Positions 24,493 to 35,026 of a DNA stretch of 64,000 nucleotides are shown here, piece after piece. The stretch spans positions 253,953 to 317,952 of the forward strand of contig CAWCPV010000005.1 of assembly GCA_963797555.1 (NCBI GenBank), written 5' to 3'. The DNA is from an uncultured Gammaproteobacteria bacterium. Its GTDB lineage: Bacteria; Pseudomonadota; Gammaproteobacteria; CAWCPV01. The notes under the pieces were generated by a model. The model was not told the DNA's origin. It made no database searches and saw only the letters and a program-made list of their open reading frames with translations. Position 1 is the stretch's first letter; each line of letters starts with the position of its first letter. Both the position numbers and the translations under genes were made by a program.

Positions 24493-24879
24493 GCTACCTC
24501 CCGCGTTTGCGGCCTATAGTCTACCCGAGCGCGGTGGAAAGCGCGCTCGCTGTCGCATCCGCGGCCAGCGGGCGCGCCGGCGACTGCAGCCGCCCTCGCG
24601 CTACCTCAGAAACGGATGTAGGCGTGGAGGTCCTTGGCCGTGACGCTTATGGACTCGCGGAACTCCAGCAGACCACGCACGTAGTAGAGCGCCTTGCCGA
24701 TTCCGGCATCCTGGCGCGCCTGCGAAAGCGCGCAAACAGCACGGTGGAAGTCCGTGTGGTGGGTGCGGACGTCGTGCTCCACTCTCCGGAGCATAAGCAC
24801 GACACGCCGGCTCAGAGACGCACAGGCACGGGGTCGAAACAGCGCATCTTCCCAGACCGTCCGATTGACGCGCGACGTC

Positions 24880-25073
24880 CGACCATTCAACGCGGATCGG
24901 TCCAGGTATCGCTTTTCCATCTCTTCCTGCGATGTTATCTTGCCCTCCTCCGCCGTCTGTAGCGAGCGCGCCAGCTTCTGGCGCACGTAGAGCGCGTGCA
25001 TGGCGTCGTCAAAGGTGGCCTGTTCCGGTAGGCGGTCGGCGATATCGTGGACGATTTGCTTGACGGTCTGCAT
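24880..25073 (-). pseudogene. Type II antitoxin-like gene (ParD/RelB-type partner) with a degraded toxin start
   Basis: MQTVKQIVHDIADRLPEQATFDDAMHALYVRQKLARSL..GKITSQEE resembles short addiction-module antitoxins; EWSDVAR follows in another frame. Confidence 0.55.
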
Positions 25074-25089
25074 GATGATGTGTCCTCTC

Positions 25090-25345
25090 GAGCAGCGAGC
25101 CACTGCTTGGCCACTGCCCCCTGACACTTCGGACAGTGACGGTTGCGGCAGGAGTTGTAGGCGATCTGGGTGTGGCCGCAATCCGGACACTGCTCGATGT
25201 GAGCGCCGAGTGCGGCGGTGCGGCACTGGGTGATCGCCGACATCACCTGGAGCTGCCCCAGGCTCAGGTGCCCGGCGTGCTCCCGGCGCCACGCCGGTCC
25301 GTGGTCGCGGAAGATGTCCGCGACCTCCAAGGCCTGCCGCGGCAC
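25090..25345 (-). pseudogene. IS91-family transposase N-terminal zinc-binding domain, truncated
   Basis: LEVADIFRDHG, CRTAALGAH..CPDCGH..YNSCRNRHCPKCQ..WLAARE, then abrupt fusion to unrelated sequence. Confidence 0.9.
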
Positions 25346-25348
25346 GGC

Positions 25349-26215
25349 TCAGGCGCGCGGCGGATCTTTTGGGGTCAGCCGCTCCAGGGGACTGGTGACC
25401 TCACGCAGGGTGCGCGTGGCCACCTGGGCATAGAGCGCGGTGGTCTCCAGCTTCTTGTGCCCAAGCAGCACCTGGATGACACGGATGTCCTCCTTGTGCT
25501 CGAGCAGATGGGTGGCGAAGCTATGTCTGAGAGTATGCAGCGACACCCGCTTGTGGATCTGAGCCTCCTGCACTGCGGCATGGCAGGCGCGGTTGAGCTG
25601 GCGGGTCGACATCGGATCGAGCGGGTCCTGGCCGGGGAAGAGCCAGCCGTGGGGCAGCATCTTGCCGTGCGCGTGTGCCTCACGCCACCCTTGGCGCAGC
25701 AGCGCGAGCAAGGTCGGGGAGAGCATCACGTAGCGGTCCTTGCGCCCTTTGCCTTGCTCAACCCGGATCACCCTCCGCTCGCTGTCGATGTCGTCGAGCT
25801 TGAGTGCGACGACCTCGGAGGCACGTAGCGCCGCCTTGTACTTCAGCCCCGGCGCCGCCTCCAGCAGGCGCATGACCTCCTCGGGGCTCAAGATCACCGG
25901 GAGCTTGCGCGGCACCTGCACATGGCTCATCTTCGCCATCAGCTCGCCACGCCCGAGGGTCACCTCGAAGAAAAACCGCAGCGCCGTCACCGCCGCATTC
26001 AGGCTGATCTGGGAAACAGCGCTCTCGGTCAAGTGCAGCTGGTAGCGGCGCAGCTCCTCCGCTGTCGCTGTATCGGGGGAACGTCCAAGGAAGGCGGCGA
26101 AGTGCTTTACCCAGCGGATATAGCCGCTCTGGGTCTTCTCTGCGAGCTTACGCAGGCGCATGTCCTCGATCATGCGCTGACGCAACGGGCTCACCGGTCT
26201 ATGCTCGATACTCAT
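25349..26215 (-). CDS. Tyrosine recombinase of an IS91-associated two-gene element (8-aa internal deletion)
   Basis: SPLRQRMIEDM, LRASE, GKGRKDR, HTLRHSFATHLLE, LLGH..TTALY; element end TACCGCGCGAGCGGTTTAGTCC near 26320-26341. Confidence 0.85.
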   Translation of the reverse strand: MSIEHRPVSPLRQRMIEDMRLRKLAEKTQSGYIRWVKHFAAFLGRSPDTATAEELRRYQLHLTESAVSQISLNAAVTALRFFFEVTLGRGELMAKMSHVQVPRKLPVILSPEEVMRLLEAAPGLKYKAALRASEVVALKLDDIDSERRVIRVEQGKGRKDRYVMLSPTLLALLRQGWREAHAHGKMLPHGWLFPGQDPLDPMSTRQLNRACHAAVQEAQIHKRVSLHTLRHSFATHLLEHKEDIRVIQVLLGHKKLETTALYAQVATRTLREVTSPLERLTPKDPPRA

Positions 26216-26478
26216 GGGTCTGCTCCTGCTGTGAGGTTGAGGGGGACTGCACCTCAAACCTCTAGACCGGACAGACCCATCCCGCTAATCCATCAACTTC
26301 GCGCGAGCCCACCTCCCCCTACCGCGCGAGCGGTTTAGTCCTCTGACCCACAACGGCCATTCGAGTCCGAGACGGCGTCGGCAGCAATCTGACGCAGAGT
26401 GGACATACACATGCGTGCATCCCGCGGAACGCAAAAAAAGCGTCCAGGCCTGCTTAACGAAGATAGCCCGTGCGGCCC

Positions 26479-26522
26479 CTAAGAGTAGGGGAGGCCGACC
26501 TCTAAGAGTAGGGGAGGCCGAC
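26479..26522 (+). repeat. 21-bp direct repeat, two copies with a 23-bp period
   Basis: CTAAGAGTAGGGGAGGCCGAC at 26479-26499 and 26502-26522. Confidence 0.8.
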
Positions 26523-26852
26523 GAACCCCCGCCTTCGACCCGACAGAAGCTCAGCCGCAGCTTGACCAGACGGTGACCGGATATAGTATCCACAGCCGCG
26601 CCCCTCCGCCGGCTGGTACGGTAGCGCACGCGCTGGGCTCTACAAGAGACGCCCCCACTCCGCGTCGCCGCCGAGGCTGTCCCCAAGAGGCTGCCCGAGC
26701 GCCCAAACCCGCCCTCCCGGCCTGTCCCCTCGCCCTGCACCACAGGACTGTTCTTCCTTCACTGTAGAGCCGGGGCGGTGATCCGCGCGTGCGGTTCAGC
26801 AGCTTCTCACCGCCGTACCTCGACGCGCCATTTGAAGGGTGCTCGGCCGGCT

Positions 26853-29800
26853 TCAGTCCAGCTCGCGCGCCGGGCAGCGCTTCCCACGATCGTCATCGCT
26901 GACGACGACTGCCCGCTGTGGTTGCCAGTCGCCACGGGTGAGGAGCCGAGCCATATCATCGCTAGTCACGGGGGCGCTGAAATAGTAACCCTGAGCTGTA
27001 TCGCATTGCCAATCGCGTAGCAGTGCGAGCTGTTCCGCGGTCTCCACACCCTCGGCGACCACCTCGAGTCTCAAGGTGTGCGCCATCGCGATGACCGCCC
27101 GTGCGATCGCCGCGTCCTCCGGATCGCTTGTGATATTCGCGATAAAAGAGCGGTCGATCTTCACCACATCGACCGGAAAGCGCCTCAGGCAGCTCAACGA
27201 AGAGTATCCGGTACCGAAGTCATCGATCGCTATCCGCACCCCTAACGCCTTCAGCTCATCCAAGACGGCGATCGCCCCCTCAGTATTCTGCATCAACTGG
27301 CTCTCCGTCAGCTCCAGCTCCAGACGCGACGGGTCCAGACCGGTATCCTCGAGCACCTGCTTTACCCAGGCCACCAGGCTCCGTTGCCTGAGCTGGCGCG
27401 CCGAAAGGTTGACGGCCAGCACCAGCGCCCTCATCCCCGCGGCGCGCCATGCGGCGCTTTTTTCGCAAGCCTCACGCAGTACCCACTTGCTAATGGGGGT
27501 GATGAGGCCGGTATCCTCGGCGAGAGGGATGAACTCGGCGGGCGCAATCCATCCGCGCTCGGCATGGTGCCAGCGCAGCAGTGCCTCGACCTTGGTAGGC
27601 ACGTCATGCGCGATGCTCACGAGCGGTTGGTAGCGCAGCTCCAGCTCGCGGTGTTCCAGTGCTTTGCGCAGGTTCGCATCCAGCCACAGACGGTCACGCG
27701 AGTAAGCGTCCATTTTTGCGCTGTAGAACTCATAGCGGGCCCTGCCGTGGTCCTTGGCGCGGTACATCGCCGTGTCGGCATTCTTGAGCAGCACCGGCGC
27801 GGCGTCTGCATCCTCCGGGAAGACGCTGATCCCGATGCTGACGCTAGCGTAAATCTCATGCCCTTCCACGTCGTACGGGCGTGACAAGTCGCGCACGACC
27901 TTTTGCGCGACCACCGCCGTATCCAGACCCTGCTCTATCTGCTCGAGGATCACGGTAAATTCGTCACCACCCAGCCTTGCCACCGTGTCGCTCTCGCGAA
28001 CGGACGCAACAAGCCGCGCGGCGACCTGCTTCAGCAGGCGGTCGCCCAGGTCGTGCCCGAGTGTATCGTTGATTAACTTGAAACGGTCGAGGTCGAGAAA
28101 CATCAGCGCCACCCGCGACCCGGAGCGGGCCGCTTGCAGTAGCACATGCTGCAGACGCTCGCGAAACAGCACCCGGTTGGGCAGGCCCGTCAGCGTGTCC
28201 CTGTATGCGAGCTGGTAAAGGTGCTCTTCCGCCTGCTTGAGCCGCGTGATGTCGGAGAAGACCACCACGTAATTGCTGATGGCGCGGGCATCGTCCCTCA
28301 CCGCGTTGGCCCCCAGCCAAACCGCGTAGGACTCGCCATCCTTGCGCCGCCCCCAGATCTCGCCCTGCCATTGGCCCGCGATCCTGAGCGATCTCCACAT
28401 CTGCCTGTAAAAGGCCCGGCTGCGCCGATCCGAGACGAGTATGCCAGGCGATTTCAGCAGCACTTCGTCCTGGGAGTAGCCCGTGATGCCCGTGAATGCC
28501 CGGTTGACCGCCACGATCCGTCCACGGGCATCGAGCAGCAGGATGGCCTCGTTGGTATTCTCGAACACGGCGGCGAGTAGCAGCCGCTCCTCCGCCTGCT
28601 TGCGCTGAGTGATGTTGAGATGAGCGATGACAGCACCGCCGCGCGCGCTCTTGAGAGGACTCACCGATGCCATGAACCACTGCGGGTCGGCGTGTCCCGG
28701 CCGTGGATATTCGACGGTAAGCTCGGTACCCGCCCCGTGCAGCACCGCCTCGACGGCGTCCAGCGCCTGCTTCGCCGTCCTGTCCCGGACCGCGGCGCGC
28801 CGGCATACAGACAGGTAATCCGTTCCCACCCGGACTCTGTGCAACAGCGGGTCTTCGTCCCTATCCGCACAGCGTTGCCAGGCATCGTTGACGCGGATGA
28901 CCGCACCGGCCCGGTCGAGCACAGCGATGCTCGCCGGCAGCGAGTCGATGGCCGCCTGAACCAAGGCTTCCCGATCCTGGAGTGCAGCCTCGGTATGAGT
29001 GCGGTCGGTGATGTCCTGGGCGAGCGAGGCCACGCCGATCATCTCACCCTGATCATCCACCAGGCGCGTGTTGTACCACTCGCAGACGATCCTTCTCCCC
29101 TCCTTGGTGACATTGTGAGTCACATGACGCGTTGTATCGCGGCCGGAGAGAACGTCGTCCCACGGCGCACCCGGGCTTTCCCGCGTGTCTTCGGGGACAA
29201 TGAGATCTACAGCGCGCCGCCCACGCGCCTCGCTGGCCGGGTAGCCGAAGATGCGCTCGGCGGCCGGATTCCACGCCACCACCTGGAAATCGAGGTCCCA
29301 CTCGATGACGGCAAAGGGCGTCTTCTGCACGTGCAACACGAGCCTCTGCTCCGAGCGGCGCACCGCCTCCTCGGCGCGCTGGCGTTCTATCCCCTCCGCC
29401 GCGAGATCTCGGTTAATGACCTCCTGCCGCTCCTTGGCCCGCGCGAGGTCGGTCAGCAAGTCCACGTTCTCGAAACGGAGATCGAGCGACTCGCGCACGG
29501 TGAGGTAGAGTCGGTGCGAGATCGCCAGCATCAAGGCAGCGAACAGGACCAGCATCAGCCCCATGGTGGTATAGAGGGCACCCCCTTGGGTGAGAACCCG
29601 TGCCGTATAGGGAAACAGGGCGAGCAGCAGGAAGGCTGGGTAAGTGCCGGGGTACGACGATAGCGTGGACAGACCGCCCGCGGACATGCCGGCGAGGAGG
29701 AATGCCAGGAATGCCTGGTGGGCATAGCTTTGCCCGGTGAAGAAAAGGGCGCCGGCCGCGCCCCAGGTGAGCCCGGAGAGGCCCGCGCCGAGCACGAACC

Positions 29801-30104
29801 AGGCCCCCCAGCGGGTCGCCTCGGACGGCGCGGGCTGTGCCCGGTAGTAAGCTCGCATCAGGCGGTAACGCGCGAGGGTAAGGAGCAGCATGAGCGCTAG
29901 CCAGGCGAGCAGCGGGGCCCGCGGAATCTGGCCCCACATCACCGCGACGAGGATGACGGCATTGATGGAGTTGGCGCTGAGGGCAAACGGGACTTGGCGC
30001 AGCAGCAGCCGGATCTGCTCGGCGCGAATCACCTCGTCGTGACCACGCGAGCGCTGGTCGGGCGTCGCGCCCAACCGATGCACTTCGTCGGCGGAGGAGG
30101 ACAC
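26853..30104 (-). CDS. Membrane diguanylate cyclase/phosphodiesterase (TM, 3 PAS, GGDEF, EAL)
   Basis: DTLTGLPNR, RLGGDEF, EALLRW, DDFGTGYSSL, VAEGVET. Confidence 0.95.
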   Translation of the reverse strand: MSSSADEVHRLGATPDQRSRGHDEVIRAEQIRLLLRQVPFALSANSINAVILVAVMWGQIPRAPLLAWLALMLLLTLARYRLMRAYYRAQPAPSEATRWGAWFVLGAGLSGLTWGAAGALFFTGQSYAHQAFLAFLLAGMSAGGLSTLSSYPGTYPAFLLLALFPYTARVLTQGGALYTTMGLMLVLFAALMLAISHRLYLTVRESLDLRFENVDLLTDLARAKERQEVINRDLAAEGIERQRAEEAVRRSEQRLVLHVQKTPFAVIEWDLDFQVVAWNPAAERIFGYPASEARGRRAVDLIVPEDTRESPGAPWDDVLSGRDTTRHVTHNVTKEGRRIVCEWYNTRLVDDQGEMIGVASLAQDITDRTHTEAALQDREALVQAAIDSLPASIAVLDRAGAVIRVNDAWQRCADRDEDPLLHRVRVGTDYLSVCRRAAVRDRTAKQALDAVEAVLHGAGTELTVEYPRPGHADPQWFMASVSPLKSARGGAVIAHLNITQRKQAEERLLLAAVFENTNEAILLLDARGRIVAVNRAFTGITGYSQDEVLLKSPGILVSDRRSRAFYRQMWRSLRIAGQWQGEIWGRRKDGESYAVWLGANAVRDDARAISNYVVVFSDITRLKQAEEHLYQLAYRDTLTGLPNRVLFRERLQHVLLQAARSGSRVALMFLDLDRFKLINDTLGHDLGDRLLKQVAARLVASVRESDTVARLGGDEFTVILEQIEQGLDTAVVAQKVVRDLSRPYDVEGHEIYASVSIGISVFPEDADAAPVLLKNADTAMYRAKDHGRARYEFYSAKMDAYSRDRLWLDANLRKALEHRELELRYQPLVSIAHDVPTKVEALLRWHHAERGWIAPAEFIPLAEDTGLITPISKWVLREACEKSAAWRAAGMRALVLAVNLSARQLRQRSLVAWVKQVLEDTGLDPSRLELELTESQLMQNTEGAIAVLDELKALGVRIAIDDFGTGYSSLSCLRRFPVDVVKIDRSFIANITSDPEDAAIARAVIAMAHTLRLEVVAEGVETAEQLALLRDWQCDTAQGYYFSAPVTSDDMARLLTRGDWQPQRAVVVSDDDRGKRCPARELD

Positions 30105-30188
30105 GGTCAGCCCCAGCCTTTTCTGAGGCGCAGGCTCATCCGGGCCTGAGGAGCCCCGAGCGCACCGGGCAGGAGAGACGGAGCGGAA

Positions 30189-30440
30189 CTAGTTTCCGTT
30201 GTAGTCATCCCACGGGGCGCCGATGACGGCCGTGTCGCCGGCAAGGGCCACCGAGTTGCCGAAGGTAGCGCCTGCGGCCCCGTTGCTGGCGAGGAGCTTG
30301 GCCACCTCGGTGGGCGTCAGCGCCCAGGCAGGAGCGGCGCTGCAAAAGAGCGCCAGCAGAAGAGCGCTCGCGGCACACTTCAGGGTCCGCACAGCGAACG
30401 ATGTGACAGCGAAAAAATTGATAACGCACCTGGTTTTCAT
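30189..30440 (-). pseudogene. Secreted FG-GAP-repeat protein, truncated after the first repeat
   Basis: Signal peptide (..APAWA) then KLLASNGAAGATFGNSVALAGDTAVIGAPWDD, then stop. Confidence 0.75.
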
Positions 30441-30554
30441 GGCAGGATCTCCTCGGAGCTATCGTCGCCGTTACCCGCGGGCCGAACAGGTGTTTGAGGC
30501 GCGGGCCACAAGGCGTAAGATGAACTTGCGCACCATCAGTGACCGATCAAAAAC

Positions 30555-30587
30555 AATTTACCAAAGCTCAGGTTACGGATAGGTAAC
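30555..30587 (-). promoter_or_regulatory. SARP/OmpR-like heptamer direct repeat plus -10 for the FG-GAP gene
   Basis: Minus strand GTTACCT-N4-GTAACCT-N9-TAAATT. Confidence 0.55.
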
Positions 30588-30795
30588 AGGAAGGCTGATG
30601 ATCGACGGGGCGCAGGCGCGCTGCGCCGGTGGGTAGGGGGGGACAAGGAGGTGGCGAGGGGCTCTGGGACAGTCGTACCAGACGGACCGCGGGTGACCGC
30701 CCTGCGCGGGGAGAGAAGCTGGATGGCGGACGAGTTGTCCGCCCGCGCAGGCATCTCCCTGCGCACGATGCGCCTGCATCGAGTCATCGCAGCCG

Positions 30796-33700
30796 GTGCA
30801 TCGAACGGATCTGATTGCGGTCGAGACCGCTTTCCGAGTGGCGCCGCGTAGCCTCATGGCTCGGAGCCCACGCCCACCCGCCACCGCTGTCAGCCCCAAG
30901 TGGGGCGCCCCCGAAATCCCCCGCATCTACGCCCGGGAGCGGCTGTTCGAGCAGCTCGATCATTTCAGCGCCTGTTCCTGCACCTGGGTTGTAGCCCCAG
31001 CGGGCTACGGCAAGACCTGCCTTGCAAGAGCCTACGTGGACAGGGCAGCGCTCCCGTGTCTCTGGTACACCCTGGAACGGGCGGACTCGGACGTGGCCAC
31101 GCTCTTCTCCGACTTCAGCTCCGGTCTTGAGGTTGCCATCCCCGGCGCACCGCTGCTGCAGTACTCCACCGACATCCAGGACATCGGCGCATTCTCCCGT
31201 GCCTACTTCAAACGGGTGTTCGCCCACCTCGACAGTCCCCACCTCCTCGTGCTCGATGACTACCACGAAGTTGCGCCCGACGCTCCGTTGCATGCCGTCA
31301 TCTCAGCCGCCCTCGCGGCCATGCCCCGGAGCGCCCGGCTCATGGTCCTCAGCCGCGAGGGACCGCCCGCCGCGCTCGCCCGGGCGCAGATGTACGATGA
31401 GGTGGTGATAGTGGAGGCTGAAGACCTGCGGTTGACCCTCGCCGAGGCCTCGGCCATCGCCCGGCTGCGGCACCCTCAACATGAACTCAGCGAACAAAGC
31501 CTCCAAGCCCTCCATGAGCGAGCGGGCGGCTGGGCGGCAGGGTTTGTGCTTCTGCTTCGCCACCCCGCCCCCGCCCCCGCCGCTTCGCCACTGGACGCCG
31601 TGGAGCTGCTGTTCGAGTATTTCGCTCGGGAAGTCCTCGGCAGCACCGACGAGGAGGTCCGGGACTTTCTGCTCCAGAGCGCCTGGCTGCCGAGTATGAC
31701 CGCGGAGATGGCCCGACGCATGACGCGGCACCCGCAGGCCGAGGGGCTGCTGGCCTCGCTCGTGCACAGTAACTACTTCCTGTCGCGCACTGCCTCTCCG
31801 GACCCCCAGTACCGCTACCACCAGCTTTTCCGGGCGTTCCTGCTGCATGAGGCCCACGCCAGATGGAGTCCTGCCGAGCAGGACGAGCGCCGGCGGCGCG
31901 CTGCGGCGATTCTGGAAGAGGCGGGTCAACTGGATGCCGCCGTCGGATTGTGGCGCGACTTGGGGGACTGGGAGGCCCTCACGCGCTTGATCCGTCGCGC
32001 CGCCCCCTCGCTACTGAGGCAAGGCCGAACGCAAAGCCTGGAGGGATGGCTCGGCGGCATCCCGGAGGCGGTGATGGCCGAGCGGCCGCGGCTCCTGTAC
32101 TGGTCCGGACGTGTCCGGCTGCACCTCGACCCGTTCGGAGCGCGCTCCCTCTTCGAGCGGGCTTACCTGAAGTTCAAGGAGGCCGACGAAGCGGAGGGGG
32201 CATTCCTCGGCTGGGCGGCCGTCTGCAAGACGTACTGGCTGGCCCTGGATGATGCTCGCCCGCTCACGCGCTGGCTGGCGGAGCTGGACGCCATCTGCAC
32301 CCGATGGCCGGGGTTTCCTTCCCCCGAGATCGAGGCCAGGGTCGCCTTCGGGGCCTTCTACGGGCTGATAGCCAATGATCCGCTGCACCCACAGCTCGGT
32401 GCTTGGGAGGGCCGGTTGTTGGAAGCGCTGCAGAGCGAACAGCCCCCGGACCTGCGGCTCACGATCGCCAACCTGCTGATGTTTCACTACGTCTTGGAAC
32501 GTAGGTGACCGAGGCCGGGCGGGCCTGGTCGTTGGCATCCTGAGAGCGCTCGCCGGCGACGGCACCACCGCGCCCCTCAATGTAATCATCGCCCGCACCT
32601 GGGGAGATTTCTCCTACGAGTACTGCTTCGGCGGATCGCTCGGCCAATGCCAGAAGATCCTGGAAGAGACACGGGCGATGGCGGACGAGCGTGGAGTCCA
32701 CCTGTACGACTTCAGGTTGTGGACTGCGAGTGCTCTCGGGCATCTGAGCGCGGGACACCTCGTCGAGGCGCGCTCCTGTCTTGAGAAGCTCTTGGGCATG
32801 ATCGATTGGGCGCGCTCGTTCGACAGCGGAAGCCTCTGCTTTGTCCGCGCGTGGGAAGCCTGGCTGGATGGCCGCTTCGCCGAAGCTCGGGAAGCTGCAC
32901 TGAAGTCTCTTCCGTACGGCGAGCACTTCGGAGACCTGTTCCCGAACGCGAACAGCTGGCTTGCCTTATTCCAGATAGAGATGAGCCTGGGCAACCGCGC
33001 CCAGGCCTTGCGTTACCTGGCGGACACGCGGCACTGGCTACGGCGGGTGATGGGCAGGTACGCCGCGTTCGCAAGGGGACTTGCGCTCGCCCAGTTCGCC
33101 CTGGAAGCGGGAAACCCCGAGCGGTGTCGGCACCTTCTCCGTATCGTGCTTGCACTCGGACGCCAGGAGGGCTACGCCAACATACTATTCTTCAAGCCAG
33201 AGACACTGGCCCACCTGTGTGCCCAGGCCCTGGAGGCTGGCATCGAGGTGGACTACGCGCGCCGTCTGGTGTACCAGCGCTGCCTGAAGCTACCGCCCGG
33301 TGCTCCGTTGACCGAACGCTGGCCCTGGGCGGTCAAGGTCACTGCCCTGGGAGGTTTCGCGCTCTGCGTCGACGACGAGCCCGTGGAATGGTCGAGGAAG
33401 GCGCAGCGCAAGCCTATCGATCTGCTCAAGGCGCTCGTTGCCCAGGGCTGCCAAGGCGTGTCCGGCGAAAGGCTCGCCGATGAGCTATGGCCGGACGCCG
33501 AAGGCGACGCCGCCGCCAGCGCGCTGAAGATTACCTTGCATCGTCTGCGGAAGCTTCTTAGGCACGAGGAGACGGTGCAGGTACGCGACGGCAAGCTTTC
33601 CCTCAATCCCAGCCACTTTTGGGTTGACGTGTGGGCACTCGAACAGTCGCTCGAAGAACTCGATGGCGTTGCAGGCCGTCCCGCGCCAAATCAGACGCCA

Positions 33701-34078
33701 GTTCTGGAGAGGCTTGGTAAACGCATCCTGAGCCTCTATCGAGGCCGCTTCTTCGAGGGAAGCGATCTGCCGTGTGCGGCAAGACCCAGTGAGTCGCTGC
33801 ATCGCAGATACCTTCGAGCTGTCGAGACGCTTGGGGTGAAGCTTGAGGCGACGGGGCTGACGGATAGGGCGAGGAGCTGCTATGAGCGTGGGCTGGAGAT
33901 CGATCCGACAGCGGAAGGACTCTGCCAGAAGCTTATATTCTGTCACCTACGCCTCGGAAACCGCAGCGAGGCCATCGGTGCTTACGAGCGGTGCAAGGAC
34001 GCTCTTGCGCGGGACCGGCGAGTCGCCCCGTCGCCCAGTATGCAAAGGCTCTACTACGAGCATCTGGCCGGCCTATAA
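30796..34078 (+). CDS. MalT-like STAND ATPase/TPR regulator with C-terminal SARP (wHTH+BTAD) domains, frameshift near 32500
   Basis: APAGYGKT, LVLDDYH, GWAAG, YRYHQLFR in 30796-32508; LADELWPDAEGD..LHRLRKLL, WVDVW and BTAD in 32678-34078; start uncertain. Confidence 0.85.
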
Positions 34079-34306
34079 CTATCCTCCAGGGTTTCCCCAT
34101 GGGCACGTGCGGGAGGACCGCTTGGCCTCCCCGGCAAGCTGTTGGACCGGCCGTGGGAAGGGGCCAACAAGAAAGTGGGGGCCGTGCGGCCGCTGTCACG
34201 AAGCTCGTGCTCGGCTGACGTAAGGAGGATGAATGAAGGCGCTGAATGAGAGCTTGATGGAGCCTTCTCCCATCCGCTCTCGCGGCCGCATCATGGCCGC
34301 CAGGTC

Positions 34307-34384
34307 CAACCGCCGGATGCGGAAAACCGCTTGTCCGGTGGTGTGGGAGCGGTGACGGGCGCAATCCCGTCACCTCGACCCGCT
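34307..34384 (+). mobile_element. Second group II (IIC-like) intron 3' remnant, domains V-VI
   Basis: CAACCGCCGGATGCGGAAAACCGCTTGTCCGGTGGTGT followed by hairpin GGTGACGGG-CGCAAT-CCCGTCACC and ACCCGCT. Confidence 0.8.
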
Positions 34385-34404
34385 CAACAAAAATTCACAA
34401 GCTC

Positions 34405-34910
34405 TCAGCCACCTTCCTTGCCGCTGGTCACAACGAGCCTCGGCAAAGCAGCCTGCCCGACCGCGCGCAGCTCGAGGCTGTACATGTCTTCGAAAGAGAC
34501 AGAGGGCACCAGGTAGGTGCCCGGCGTCACGGCCCGCACCAGATAGTACAAGTGCAGCTCGCCCTCCCGCCGACGCGCACGGCGGCCACGAAGCGGTCAT
34601 CGCGATACTGGACGTGCTTGATGTCCTCGCTCTGCATGCTCTCGGCCACCTTGACTCCGTCCATCACCAGGTCGGCCAGACTCTCCGAATGAGCCAGGTT
34701 CTGGCTCTCCACCTCGAGGCCGGCCGGGACCATGTCCGCGAGCACCGCGCATCGGTGCCATGCCTCCGAAGCCGATCCAGGAACCCGGCCAGGGTGGAGC
34801 GGACCTTCTACACCCTGGACGGCCAGGCGCTTCCGAGCGGCCGGTGGCGAGCGGGGGAGATGCTGCTGGTGCACCTCGCCGTCGCATCCAAGAAGGCTGT
34901 CGAGCACGGA
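34405..34910 (-). pseudogene. Bacterial alpha-2-macroglobulin C-terminal fragment with an internal inversion
   Basis: Minus strand: VLADMVPAGLEVE..QYRDDRFVAAV..YLVRAVTPGTY..EDMY; the upstream part VERTFYTLDG..GEMLLVHLAV..VEH is on the plus strand. Confidence 0.75.
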
Positions 34911-35026
34911 GTCTTGGGCTTCTCGCACGTTCACCGGATGCGTCTCGTCGCTGCGCTCCGTGCGCCTCGCTCTCGGCCCGCTCACGACGATCCTCTCACC
35001 GGGCACGAGAAGCGGTCGCGCGGCTC

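Noticed and set aside
25349-26215. Tyrosine recombinase as the integron integrase for the cassettes
   Set aside because: It lacks the IntI-specific insertion, is coupled to an IS91 transposase, and lies 10 kb from the array.
26479-26522. CRISPR array
   Set aside because: Only two copies separated by 2 bp, with no spacers and no cas genes.
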